From contig DAOTTL010000166.1 of assembly GCA_034438135.1 (NCBI GenBank), forward strand, positions 13,264 to 77,263: a stretch of 64,000 nt of DNA, read 5' to 3'. The notes beneath the pieces were generated by a model. That model searched no databases and was not told the origin of the DNA. It worked only from the letters and a program-made list of their open reading frames with translations. Below, piece by piece: positions 7,531 through 19,600 of this stretch (its first letter is position 1; each line of letters begins with the position of its first letter). Source of the DNA: Ktedonobacteraceae bacterium (GTDB taxonomy: Bacteria; Chloroflexota; Ktedonobacteria; Ktedonobacterales; Ktedonobacteraceae). The position numbers and the translations under genes were made by a program.

Positions 7531-10500
7531 TTATGATTCGCGAGCAAGTGTTGCCCGCACCTCCTCATCTGTGAGTTGTTCCAGTTCTGCCAGCAAATCG
7601 CTATCAATCTGTTCGGCAAGGTGTTGTGCTACGGCCTCGGCAAATTCTATTACGGTGGGTGCTGTGAAAAGTGCCCGTACCTCGATCTGGATCTCGAAAA
7701 GGGTACGTAGTCGTGACATCAATTGGGTTGCGAGCAAAGAATGTCCTCCCAGTTCAAAGAAGTTGTCGTGGATGCCGATAAGCTCGATACCGAGTAACTC
7801 TTGCCAGATCTCGGCAATCGTTCGTTCAAGCTCATTCTCAGGAGGGATATAGGTAGGCAGCCCCTCAGGTCTTGCATAGAGCGTACTGGTCGCCTCGTCG
7901 ATCTCTGTGTGAGCGAGGAGCGTCAATCCAGTGGCGTCCGGATCATGAGAAGCGGTGCCGTTATGCTGACTCAACTGACGCAGCGGCTCTATCCAGTAGC
8001 GTTGACGCTCAAATGGGTAGGTTGGTAAGGGAATGCGAGCCGGTTGCTCATCACCATAGAGACTCTCCCAGCGTACAGGAACACCCGCCAGCCAGAGCTT
8101 CCCCAGGGCTGTCAGGGCGTGTCTGCTTTCTGACTCGCGTTCCTGGTAGCCGGGTAGCGAGGAGAGTATCAGGCTCCCTCTGGCTCCCGGCTGCTGCTTG
8201 GCCAGGGTTGTCAATGTATGTCCAGGACCGCATTCCAGCAGGATGAGATTGGGATCTTTTAGCAGCGTTTGCACACCCTCCGCGAAACGCACAGTCTGAC
8301 GCAGTTGTCTGACCCAATATGCCGGGTCGGTGGCCTCGGCAGTGGTGATCCATGTGCCGGTAACATTCGAGATAAAGGGGATGCGCGGAGTACTCAGATG
8401 AACCTGCTGCAAATAGACTGCGAAGGACTGGAGTATAGAGTCCATCATGGATGAATGAAAGGCGCGGGTAACATGGAGTGAACGAGACTCTATATTCTGC
8501 TGCGCAAGGGTGTTGCGCAGGGTTTCGATCGCATGTGGTGGACCAGAGACGACGCAAAGCGCGGGACCATTGATCGCGGCCAATGAGCATTCGCTATTCT
8601 CAAGCAAGGGTGTGAGTGCCTCGGCTGAGAGTGGCAGACTGAGCATTGCTCCCTCTGGCAAGGCTTGCATCAACTTTCCGCGTAAGGCAACCAGTGCCAG
8701 GGCATCTTCCAGCGAGAGCGTTTCAGCGATGCAGGCGGCGGTATATTCGCCAATGCTGTGGCCGATGAGCGCTTGAGGGGTGATCCCACGGTGCTGCCAC
8801 AGGCGTGCCAGTGCGTACTCAACTGAGAAGATTGCTGGTTGTGCGCACGCGGTCTGCTGGATTTGACTCGTTGCAAAGGCGACCTGATCCGTTGCCGGGT
8901 AGAGCACATGGCGCAGATCATAGCCTAGATGAGGCAAAAGAAGGCGTGCGCAGCGATCCAGCTCTTGCCGAAAAACGTCTTCTTCCTGGTAGATCTCGGC
9001 TGCCATGTGTACATATTGGGTGCCCTGTCCAGGAAACAGAAAGCTCACAGAACGTTCTTCAGGTATCTCGTCTGTGGAGTCGAGAACCTGTTCTGAGGAT
9101 GGAGAACGCAGGAGTGTCAGGGCCTCCTGACGATCATGACAGACGAGTATCCGTCGATGACGCAGAGCTTTCCGTCCGACCTGACATGTGTAGGCTACAT
9201 CAGCGAGATCCAGTTCGCTCTGCTGTTCAAGATGCTGCGCCAGATTCGTGGTCACTGCCGCCAGAGCGCCCACCGTCTTTGCCGAGAGAACCAGCAAATG
9301 CCATGGTCTCAAGTCCATTCGTGCTTGTCGATGCTCAGGCGCTTCTTCGAGCAGGACATGGGCGTTTGTGCCGCCAATGCCAAAGGCGCTGATTCCCGCA
9401 CGTCGCGGCGTTTTGTCTCTCTTCCATTCGGTGAGCCTGTTATTGACATAAAATGGGCTATGCTCAAAATCGATACTCGGATTGGGCTGCTCGAAATTCA
9501 GGCTTGGCGGGAGCAAACCATGCTTCAGCGCCATGACAGTTTTGATCAGACCAGCTATCCCGGCTGCGGCATCCAGGTGTCCAAGATTGGTTTTGAGTGA
9601 GCCGATGGCACAGAAATGGTTGGCGGTGGTCGCGACACGAAAGGCCTGGGTGAGTGCCGCAACTTCGATGGGATCTCCCAGCGGTGTGCCAGTGCCATGC
9701 GCCTCTATATAGGTAATTGTCTCCGGTTCCACCTCCGCGAACAGATGGGCCGCACGAATAACCCGTGATTGACCATTCAGGCCGGGTGCTGTATATCCAA
9801 CCTTCTGCGCACCGTCATTATTGATAGCTGAACCTTTGATGATGGCGTGAATCGTATCGTTATCCAGCAGTGCATCTTGCAGACGTTTGAGCACGACAAC
9901 ACCGACTCCACTACCTGGTACGGTTCCTTCGGCGTGTGCGTCAAAGGCGCGACAATGACCATCGGGCGAGGTGATGCCGCCCTCCTGATAGAGATAGCCG
10001 GTCAGGTGAGGTACGCTGATCGAGACGCCTCCCGCCAGCGCGATATCGCATTCTCCATTGAGCAGGCTCCGGCAGGCCACATGTACAGCTACCAGCGAGG
10101 TTGAGCAGGAGGTATTGATGTCCAGGCTGGGTCCTTTGAGATTGAGCTTGTAAGAAACGCGTGTGGTCAGATGATCTTTGTCACTGCCCACGACCAGTTG
10201 TAGTCCGCCGATGGAGGCCAGCAGGTCGGGACGAGTGACGAGATTTGAGAGTAGATAGCTATTGAAGCTTGTACCAGCGTAGATGCCAATCAGGTCGTTG
10301 TAGGCATCGGGATCGTAGCCCGCGTGTTCAAGCGCCTCATAAGCGGTTTCCAGAAAGAAACGCTGTTGAGGGTCCATAATTTCTGCTTCTCTTGGACTAT
10401 ACCCAAAGAAGGGGGCAGCAAAATAGTCGATATCGCGCAAGACACCTTTTGTCCTGACATAATGATCCTGCTGTAACTCATCGACAGATACACCGGCGTC

Positions 10501-10677
10501 CTGTAGCTCTTTTTCGGAAAATGTTGTGAGCGAGCTTATACCATCACGCAGGTTGAGCCAGAACTCATCAACGTTCCTGGCTCCTGGGAAACGGCCTGCC
10601 ATGCCGACAATGGCTATTTCCAGACCGTTTGTCTCTTCGACCGTTGGCGAGGTCTCCGAGGTCTCCGAGGTCTTCAT
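7531..10677 (-). CDS. Type I PKS, single minimal module KS-AT-T (no KR/DH/ER/MT)
   Basis: KS motifs: DPQQRFFLETAYEALEHAG, DINTSCSTSLVAVH (active-site Cys codon at 10105-10107), EAHGTGTPLGDPIE and KTNLGHLDAAAG. AT motifs: FPGQGTQYVHM, GHSIGEYTAA (Ser codon 8765-8767) and RAFHSS, which looks malonyl-type. The carrier domain reads FFELGGHSLLATQL, and the C-terminal helix is LEQLTDEEVRATL. The ORF-track start at 10710 overlaps the upstream stop by 20 nt. The ATG at 10677 (MKTSETSETS...) has a perfect AAGGAGG 8 nt upstream, so I prefer it. Confidence 0.93.
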   Translation of the reverse strand: MKTSETSETSPTVEETNGLEIAIVGMAGRFPGARNVDEFWLNLRDGISSLTTFSEKELQDAGVSVDELQQDHYVRTKGVLRDIDYFAAPFFGYSPREAEIMDPQQRFFLETAYEALEHAGYDPDAYNDLIGIYAGTSFNSYLLSNLVTRPDLLASIGGLQLVVGSDKDHLTTRVSYKLNLKGPSLDINTSCSTSLVAVHVACRSLLNGECDIALAGGVSISVPHLTGYLYQEGGITSPDGHCRAFDAHAEGTVPGSGVGVVVLKRLQDALLDNDTIHAIIKGSAINNDGAQKVGYTAPGLNGQSRVIRAAHLFAEVEPETITYIEAHGTGTPLGDPIEVAALTQAFRVATTANHFCAIGSLKTNLGHLDAAAGIAGLIKTVMALKHGLLPPSLNFEQPNPSIDFEHSPFYVNNRLTEWKRDKTPRRAGISAFGIGGTNAHVLLEEAPEHRQARMDLRPWHLLVLSAKTVGALAAVTTNLAQHLEQQSELDLADVAYTCQVGRKALRHRRILVCHDRQEALTLLRSPSSEQVLDSTDEIPEERSVSFLFPGQGTQYVHMAAEIYQEEDVFRQELDRCARLLLPHLGYDLRHVLYPATDQVAFATSQIQQTACAQPAIFSVEYALARLWQHRGITPQALIGHSIGEYTAACIAETLSLEDALALVALRGKLMQALPEGAMLSLPLSAEALTPLLENSECSLAAINGPALCVVSGPPHAIETLRNTLAQQNIESRSLHVTRAFHSSMMDSILQSFAVYLQQVHLSTPRIPFISNVTGTWITTAEATDPAYWVRQLRQTVRFAEGVQTLLKDPNLILLECGPGHTLTTLAKQQPGARGSLILSSLPGYQERESESRHALTALGKLWLAGVPVRWESLYGDEQPARIPLPTYPFERQRYWIEPLRQLSQHNGTASHDPDATGLTLLAHTEIDEATSTLYARPEGLPTYIPPENELERTIAEIWQELLGIELIGIHDNFFELGGHSLLATQLMSRLRTLFEIQIEVRALFTAPTVIEFAEAVAQHLAEQIDSDLLAELEQLTDEEVRATLARES

Positions 10678-10690
10678 AGTACGAACCTCC

Positions 10691-13600
10691 TTATTTTCCA
10701 TTTCTGGCACCTCGTTGTGTACGCTTAAGAAGGGCTTTCATGTGATCCTTACCTGCCTTGAGTTTCTCACTGCGTTCATCAGGGAGCGTACTTTGCTCGT
10801 CCTGGTGCTGTTTGCTCAGATGGTCCGCCAGGGCGCTGACGGTTGGATATTGGAAGAGCGTCACGATTGGAACATCCTGTGTCAGGGTGTTGCGTAAACC
10901 GTTTTGGGCACGAACCATCAGTAGTGAATAGCCGCCCAGATCAAAGAAGTTGTCATGCAGACCTACTTTTTCCAGTCCCAGAACCTCTTGCCAGACGGTG
11001 GCAATTTTCTGCTCAAGCCTTGTTTGTGGCTGCATATAAGGTGTATCCAGTGACGGACGCAAGCCCTCTGGTTTCGGTAGGGCCTTGCGATCGAGTTTGG
11101 CATTGGGCGTGAGTGGCAGACGTTCCAGCCAGATAATCGCTGAAGGGAGCATATACTCAGGCAGCTTTTCTGCCATAAAGCGGCGTACTTCCTGGTAAGC
11201 GGGAGGTAACGTCTGTGGTTTTGCGACCATGTAAGCTACCAGGCGCTTATCTCCTGGTACGTCTTCGCGCACGATGACTATAGTTTCCTGGATCTGTGGG
11301 TGCGCTTGCAGTACGGCTTCGATTTCACCGAGTTCGATACGATAGCCATGGAGCTTGACCTGCTCATCGCCTCTGCCAATAAATTCGATGTTGCCATCGG
11401 GCAGCCAGCGAGCCAGGTCGCCCGTCCGATAGAGACGCGCACCCGGTTCGCTACTAAAGGGGTGCGGAACAAAACGCTCGGCTGTCAGTTCTGGTCGATG
11501 CAGGTAGCCCCAGGCCAGACCAGTTCCACCAATATAGAGTTCACCAGCTATCCCTGTGGGTACTGGCTGAAGATGAGCGTTCAGGAGGTAGACCTGCATG
11601 CCCAGGATAGGTGTGCCTATGGGTACCTTTTGCCCTGGTTGGGTTCGCTGGCACAGCCAGCTTGTGGCGTTAATTGAGGCTTCGGTAGGACCGTAGAAGT
11701 GGTGCAATTCTACGTTCAGGCGGGCAAGGGCAAGGTTCGCGAGTTCGCCAGATGAGGCTTCTCCTCCATAGAGCACACAGTGCAGATCATGGCACTTTGT
11801 GATGTCGGGCTCTTGCAGCAGGAGTTGTAGCACGCCTGGAACGAGATGGGCCACGGTCACCTGTTGCTCGATAAGCAGTGAGAGCAATGAGCCTGCCTGC
11901 TTGTACGTTCCTGCGGGCGCTACAATCAAACGTCCACCGACCAGCCAGGGTCCGAAGAGTTCCCAGATAGCAATGTCGAAGCTGAGCGATGCGATCAGTG
12001 GCAGATGATCGGAGGCCGTGAGTCTGGCATCGAGCGCACCCCAGCGCAGGCGGTTACCCATGGCGCGATGTGGGATCAGAACACCCTTTGGCCTGCCAGT
12101 TGAGCCAGACGTGTAAATTGCGCACGCCAGATCTTCAAAGCCCACCGGACTCAATGGATTCAACGTACTTTCCAGGTTAAGCACATCCTCAAGGGTTTCG
12201 TGTGAAAGGATGGGTGTGTGTTCCAGCGCCAACCTATCCGCTAACGTGTGACTGGTCAGTACACTTGCTATCCGCGCATCACGAGCCATGAATGCCAGAC
12301 GTTCCTGGGGGTAACCGGGATCGAGAGAGAGGAAGGCCCCGCCAGCCTTGAGAATAGCCAGCACATCGATGACCATTTCCAGGGAGGGTTCCTGACAGAT
12401 CCCGACCAGCACGCCCGGTCTTACCCCCAGTTTTTGCAGATAGTGAGCCAGTTGGTTGGCGCGTTGATTCAGTTCTCTATAGGTTACCTGTCCATCCAGG
12501 TAGACAACGGCGATGGCATCGGGCGTTACCTCGACCTGTGACTCGAACAGTTGATGCAGGCAAAGAGGTTCGGGCAGGGCCGGACCTCCGTTACTCCAGG
12601 CGTTCAATACTTGTGTCTGCTCACGCTGGCTCAGCAGGTTTAGTTGGGTGATAGGCCTGGCGGGATTGGCAAGAATGTCTGCAATCAGGCCCTGCCAGTG
12701 TTCTGCCATTCTGCTGATGGTTGACTCTTCAAACAGATCTGTATTGTACTCAAAGGTTGCCCTTAACCCATGAGCTGTCTCTGCGGTTGTCAGGATCAGG
12801 TCAAACCGGGCGATGTGACTTTCAATTGCCAGGGGTTGCAAGGTAAGCGTCTCTGTCATCGTGCGCTCTTCCATCGAGGCGTTTTGGAGCGCGAACAGGA
12901 CCTGAAAAATGGGTGAGTGGCTGAGATTGCGTTCCGGTTGGAGCACTTCGACCAGCTTTTCAAACGGGAGATCCTGGTGGGCGTAGGCTTCCAGCGCCAC
13001 GTCGCGTGTGCGTCGCAATAGTTCGCGGAAATCGGGATCGCCAGCCAGATCAGTGCGCAGGACCAGGGTATTGATGAAGCAGCCTACCAGCCTGGCAAGT
13101 TCCGGGCGCGTCCGGTTCGCAATCGGGGTTCCGATAACAATATCTTCCTGTCCGCTATAACGCAGTAACAGGAGCGTAAAGGTAGCCAGGAAGGTCATGA
13201 ACGGTGTTGCATGCTCTTGCTTGCCCAATGCGCGTAGTTCATCGACGAGTGCTTGAGGTAGTGTGAAGCTGTAGTGAGCGCCTCGAAAGGTTTGGATTGG
13301 AGGCCGAGCGTGATCGATCGGCAACTCTAACAGGGCTGGTGCGCCTGCCAACTGGCGTTTCCAGTAAGTCAGGTGTTGTTCCAGGGTCTCGCCCTGGAGC
13401 CATTGCTGTTGCCAGAGGGCGAAATCGATATACTGTAAAGAAAGGTCGGGCAGGGGCGAGGGCTGATCCTCTAGATACGCTTGATAGAGTGTGCCAAGTT
13501 CATCGAGCAGAATATCCAGCGACCAGCCATCGCAGGCGATATGGTGGATATTCAAAAGCAGCAGTTGTTCCGTGTCGCTCAAAAGCAGCAGGTGCGCATG

Positions 13601-16600
13601 TAGTAGAGGTCCCTCAGCCAGATGAAAGGGTTCGCTAATGACTGCCTGGCTCAGACGTTGCACCTCTAGCATACGATTTTCAGATGCCGATGTACGCAGG
13701 TCTACAGGTTCCAACGTTATCTCTTGCTGGTCATCGACGATCTGCATTGGTTGACCCTCGATCAGTACATAGCGTGTACGCAAGGCTTCGTGTCGCTGAA
13801 CAATGGCGTTGAGGCTCCCTTTGAGGGCCGCAATGTTGAGCGAGCCTTTCAGTGAAAGCATGGCAGGAATACTGTATAGAGGAACGTTTGTGTCCCATTG
13901 TTCCAGGAACCAGAGTCGTTGTTGCGTGAAGGAGAGCGGGAAAGGACCATCCTGCCCTCTGGGCTGGATAGGCGGTATCGCTTGAGAGTCGCCAGCCTGT
14001 TGCAGTTGGATGATGCGTTCAGCGATTTCATGGATTGTAGGCGCTTCAAAGAGATGACGTAGAGGCAGGTCTACGTGGATGACAGCCTGGATGCGCCCGA
14101 TCAACCCGATCGCAAGTAGAGAGTGACCGCCGAGGGCGAAGAAGTTGTCATGGATGCCAACCGCCGAACGTCCTAGCGTCTCCTGCCAGATCTCGCTGAG
14201 GATCTGTTCAAGTGGGGTACCAACCTCCTCGGTACTGGGAGCCTCCCGGGAGGGCGCTGTGGGCATGGGCAGGGCACGTCGATCCAACTTGCCCTGGGCG
14301 GTGAGTGGCAGGTCTTCAAGAAGGATCAGGTCACCAGGTATCATATAGACGGGTAAGCGTCGCGTCATCCACTCGTGCAGCACTGGTGCCAGATCGTTTC
14401 CACTCTGCGAGGTCAGTGGGACCACGTAGGCAATCAGCCGTGTGTCGTGTGTCTCTTCCTGAGATCCATACGATGGGAGTACGACCGCCTGTTGAACGGC
14501 TGGATGAGCTTGCAGCAGCGCGGCGACCTCCGCCAGTTCGACCCGAAAGCCACGGATCTTGACCTGCTCATCGCGTCGTCCGACAAAGTCCAGGGTGCCA
14601 TCGACTCGCCAGCGCACGAAATCGCCGCTGCGATAGAGACGCGCCCCAGGCTGGTCGCTGAAGGGATGGGGTAGGAAGCGTTCGGCGGTCAGGTCGGGTC
14701 GCTGTAGATAGCCGCGAGCCAGACCAGCGCCACCCAGATAGAGTTCGCCAGGAACACCGATGGGAACCTGTTGCATGTGTTCATCAAGAACATAGGCTTG
14801 CATACGTGTCAGAGGAGCACCGATGTCGGGAGCAGGATCGCTGGTATCCAGCGAGTTCACAGGGCCGCTGGTGGCAACGACGGTCGTTTCAGTGGGACCA
14901 TAGTTATTGATCAGTTGAAAGGACAGGGTGTCCAGGGGTAGTGTGTGTAGTCGATCGCCTCCGGTGAGCAAGAAGCGCAGGGATGTGACTGCGGACAGCG
15001 TATCAGGCTGACGCAGTACAAGTTCAGCCAGTGGGGTCGGGAGGAAGCAGAGTGTGAGGGACTGCTGTTGCATCCAGCGTTGGAGCAGGGGCGGTAGCAC
15101 GAAAGAGGGGTCAGCAGGCAGACAGAGGCGGGCACCGGAGAGCAGGCAGGGCCAGAGTTCCCAGCCCATGGCATCAAAGCTGAGGTCTGCGAGCTGGCTG
15201 ATATGATCGGTGGGAGCCAGGGAGAAGGTCTGCTGATGCCAGTCGATGAGATGGAGCAGGTTGCGATGGCTGAGCATGACGCCCTTGGGTGAGCCAGTCG
15301 AGCCAGAGGTGAAGATCACATAGGCCAGTTGCCCGGCGTGGAAAGGGATCGAAGCATCCAGCAGGTCGGAGGTATGGGGGAGATCCGAGAGCAAGGTATC
15401 CAGCGCGAGACAGGGCAGCGAGAGATCAGCCGAGAGAGAGGAGAGCAGCGAGTGCTGAGAGAGCAGGACGTGTGGGTGCGCCTGGTCAAGCAGTGAGATC
15501 AGACGAGCAGTTGGCAGGGCCGGACTCAGAGGGAGATAGGCCGCGCCAGCTTTGAGCGAGGCGAGCAGGGCAATGAGCAGCAGTGGAGAGCGCTCAAGCA
15601 AGATAGCGACAAGGGACTCAGGAGGCAAAGGCAGAGAACGCAAGTGCAGCGCGATACAGGAGGAGAGGAGATCGAGTTGTTGATAGGTAAGCTGCTGGTC
15701 ATCCCAGGAGACCGCGATGGCATCGGGAGTGCGTTGCGCCTGTTGCGTGAAGAGGTCATGGACGCCCAGGGGAGCCTGGAAGGGTTGCACAGAAGGGTTC
15801 CAGGTCGAGAGTAAGGCCAGTTCGGTGGGAGGCAGCAGAGCCAGTTCCCCTATCTGCCTGTCAGAGTTAGCGACAATTTCTGCCAGGAGATGTTGCCAGT
15901 GTTCTGCCAGATGTTGGATAGTCTCAGGCTTAAACAGCGTTGTATTATATTCTAACAGTCCCTTGAGTCCGTGTTCTGTTTCTGTCATCGCCAGCGTCAG
16001 ATCAAACTTGGTAATATGGCTATCTATCTCCTGTGACTGAGCCGACCAGGGGGTATGCGCGTTTTGCAGCATAAAGACCACCTGAAAAAGAGGCGTATGG
16101 GTCAGGCTGCGTTCGGGCGCGAGTTCTTCGACCAGTTTCTCGAAGGGCAGGTCTTGATGTGCATAGGCTCCCAGGCAGACCTCGCGTACCTGTCGCAATA
16201 GTTGCTGAAAACGTAGCGTACCCGCAGGCTTGATCCGCAGGGCCAGCGTATTGGCGAAGATACCAACAATCTGCTCCATCTCGGTCTGCTGACGATTCGC
16301 GATAGGTGTGCCAATGACTAAATCATCCTGACTGCTGTAGCGGAAGAGCAGACAGGCAAATGAGGCCAGCAGAGTCATAAAAAGCGTACTATCTTCGCGT
16401 CTACTCAAAGCGACCAGAGCTGTGGTCAACTTCATCGGTAAGGCGAAATGATGGCGTCTGCCCTCGAAGCTCTGGATAGCCGGTCGTACATAATCAGTGG
16501 GCAGGTCCAGCAACGAGTTCGCGCCCACTAACTGCTGTTTCCAGTAAGCGAGCTGACGCTCTAATACCTCTCCCTGCAACCATGAGCGTTGCCAGCGAGC

Positions 16601-19600
16601 AAAGTCAGCATACTGTATCGGTGGCGGTGTAAGAGGCGAAGGTTGTTTCTGAGAGAACGCTGTATAGAGCGTGCTGAGTTCATGGCGCAAAATATCCAGG
16701 GACCAGCCATCGCAGACGATATGATGGATGGTCAGCAGCAGCGTCGCGTCAACATCACTGCGATAGAACAATCGTGCGCGTAGCAGTGGTCCCTGTGCCA
16801 GCTTGAATGGGCGGTGAACCTCCTCGCTCGTCAATTGTTGGATGAGCTGCTCACGCCTCTCTATAGCGAACTGACTCAGATCGATTACGGTAAGTGAAGC
16901 AGGATGTTCTGGTAGAATAACTTGTTCGACCTGTCCATCAATCTGATGAAAGACCGTTCTGAGGATCTCGTGGCGGCGCAGTATTTCGCTGAGACTCTCT
17001 TCAATGGCCTCTACAGAAACGCTTTCCGTCAAGCGTAGCGAGGTAGAGAGATTGTAAAAGGAGCTTTCAGGCACCAGTTGATCGAGAAACCAGAGACGCT
17101 GCTGAGCAAAAGAGAGTGGGAGATAGCCATCATGTCTATTCTCCGCAAGGAGTGGAGGAAGCTGGTCTGCCAGTCCATCGCGCTCTGCTACTTCGATAAA
17201 TCTGGCAAGACTCTCGATTGAAGGGGCCTCAAAGAGTGTGCGCAGTGGTAAATCTACCTGGGTAGCCGCCCGTATGCGTGCGACAACGCGTGTCGCCAGC
17301 AGCGAATGGCCGCCCAACTCGAAGAAATTATCCTGAACACCGATCTGTGCGTTTCCCAGGACGGTCTGCCAGATACTCAGCAACAACTCCTCAACAGGTG
17401 TGCGGGGAGCGAATTCTTCTGACACGGGTGTACTCTGCTCATACTGTGGCATTGGTAAGACGAGCCGGTCTATTTTGCCATTAGGGGTGTGAGGGAACTG
17501 CTCAAGCTGGAGAATGGCTGCGGGTAGCATATAGTTGGGCAGACGGGATTGTAACCAGCTTCGTAACTCGCGGCTGACAGTTTGCCAGGGCTGGGGAGCA
17601 TGAAGGACGACATAGGCAACCAGACGTTGATCGTTGGGTCGATCTTCGCGTAAGAGAAGGACCGCCTCGCGTACCAGTGGATGAGTGCGCAAGATAGCCT
17701 CAACTTCACCCTGTTCGATGCGGAACCCGCGCAACTTCACCTGTCCATCGCGTCTTCCCGCGAATTCAATCGTGCCATCAGGAAGATAGCGAGCCATATC
17801 ACCGGTTGCATAAAGGCGTGTGCCTGGCTCACTACTGAAGGGATTGGGGATGAAGCGTTCGGCAGTCAGCTCAGGTCGGGATAGATAGCCGCGTGCCAGT
17901 CCATCGCCACCCAGGAAAAGCTCACCATAGACTCCCATGGGAACGGGTGACAGGTTTTCATCGAGGATGTAGGTCTGTGTATTGGCGATGGGTCGTCCAA
18001 TGGGAACAGTATTGCCGGGTTCATGCGCCACCAGTGCCCAGGTAGAGTATGTTGTGTCCTCGGAGGGTCCGTACAAATTGTAGACCTGCTCAACATGTGC
18101 CAGTGCATAGACCTGCCGGACCAGTTGAGCGGACAATGCTTCGCCCGCCAGATTTACCGTTTTGATCGACGCGGGCAGCGTGTTACCAGTGCGCAACAGT
18201 TCCGTGAGCAGCGAGGGTACCGTGTTGATCAGAGTGATCTGACCGGCAGCCGGCAGCTCTGGCAACTGTAGGGCATTGGTAGCTAGAATGACTGCGCCGC
18301 CGTGACTGAGCGGCAACCAGAGTTCAAAGATCGACAAGTCAAAGCAAATGGAGGTCGAGGCCAGAACTCCACGATAGTGCTCATACGTGAACACACTGCC
18401 TGCCCAGGCCAGCATCGCCACCGCGTTTCGATGAGCGATAGCAACGCCCTTTGGCCTGCCGGTCGAGCCAGAGGTGTAGATCACATAGGCCAGACGATCT
18501 GAGCGTAGCGTTGTTTCATGAGAAGATAGCTCGCAGGTGTACTCTTGAAAGGTGGGGAGTGGCCGATCAAGCGCAATGGCCTTGATCTGCGATTGTGCCT
18601 CCATCAGCCGTGCCTGCTGCGACTGCTGAGTCAGCACAATTGTGAGGTGACTGTCCTCTATCATCCACTGAAGACGGGCCTGGGGATAGTCGGGATCAAG
18701 TGGAACATACGCGCCGCCCGCCTTAAAGATCGCCAGCATCCCGATGACCATTTCAGGCGAACGTTCCAGGCATAAGCCCACGAGTATCTCCGGTCCTACG
18801 CCCAGATAGCGGAGGTAGGCAGCGTACTGGTTCGCACGTTGATCTAGCTCGTGGTAGGTCAGAACATGCTCACCCACAACAAGCGCGGGCGCGTCCGGCG
18901 TGCGTGTCACCTGGGCCTCAAACAGTTCATGAAGGAGCGTGCTTCTCTCGTAGGGGAGTCGCGTCGTGTTCAGGGTCGTCAGGATAGAGGTGCGTTCCTG
19001 CTCACTCAAGAGATCCAGGGTAGCGAGTGATTGTGTGGGCGTGGCGGCGATGCTTCTCAACAGGTGTTGATAGTGATTGGCTAATTGCTGGATCGTTGCC
19101 TGCTCGAAGAGATCGGTACTGTACTCAAAGCTTGCCTCCAGCGTTCGTTCCGTCTCGGTTAGAGTCAGCATCAGATCCATCCTGGCCGTTCCGGTACTGA
19201 TCTGGCGTGGGCTATCCATAATCAGGTTGGGCAGTAGTACCGGATCGGTTGAGGCACGTTGCAAGGCGAACATCACCTGGAAAAGGGGCGAGTGGCTCAC
19301 GTTGCGTTCAGGAGCCAGCTCTTCGACCAGTTTCTCGAAAGGGAGATCCTGGTGGGCGTAGGCCTCAAGGCAGATCTCTCGCACCTGTTGTAGAAACTGA
19401 GAGAAGCCAGATGTGTGAGCAAGTGGCAGACGCAAGGCCAGCGTGTTGGCGAAAGAGCCAATCAAGCCAGTCAACTCGCTCTGCTGACGATTCGCAATGG
19501 GCGTGCCAATAACTATATCCTGCTGCCCACTGTAGCGAGAGAGCATCACTGCGAAGGCTCCCAACAGTGTCATAAAGAGCGTGGCATTGTGGGCCTGACT

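Noticed and set aside
10678-10710. The longest-ORF start of the first PKS (MPEMENKEVRT...), which overlaps the upstream gene by 20 nt
   Set aside because: A perfect AAGGAGG sits inside this extension, 8 nt upstream of the ATG at 10677. The extension itself has no Shine-Dalgarno.
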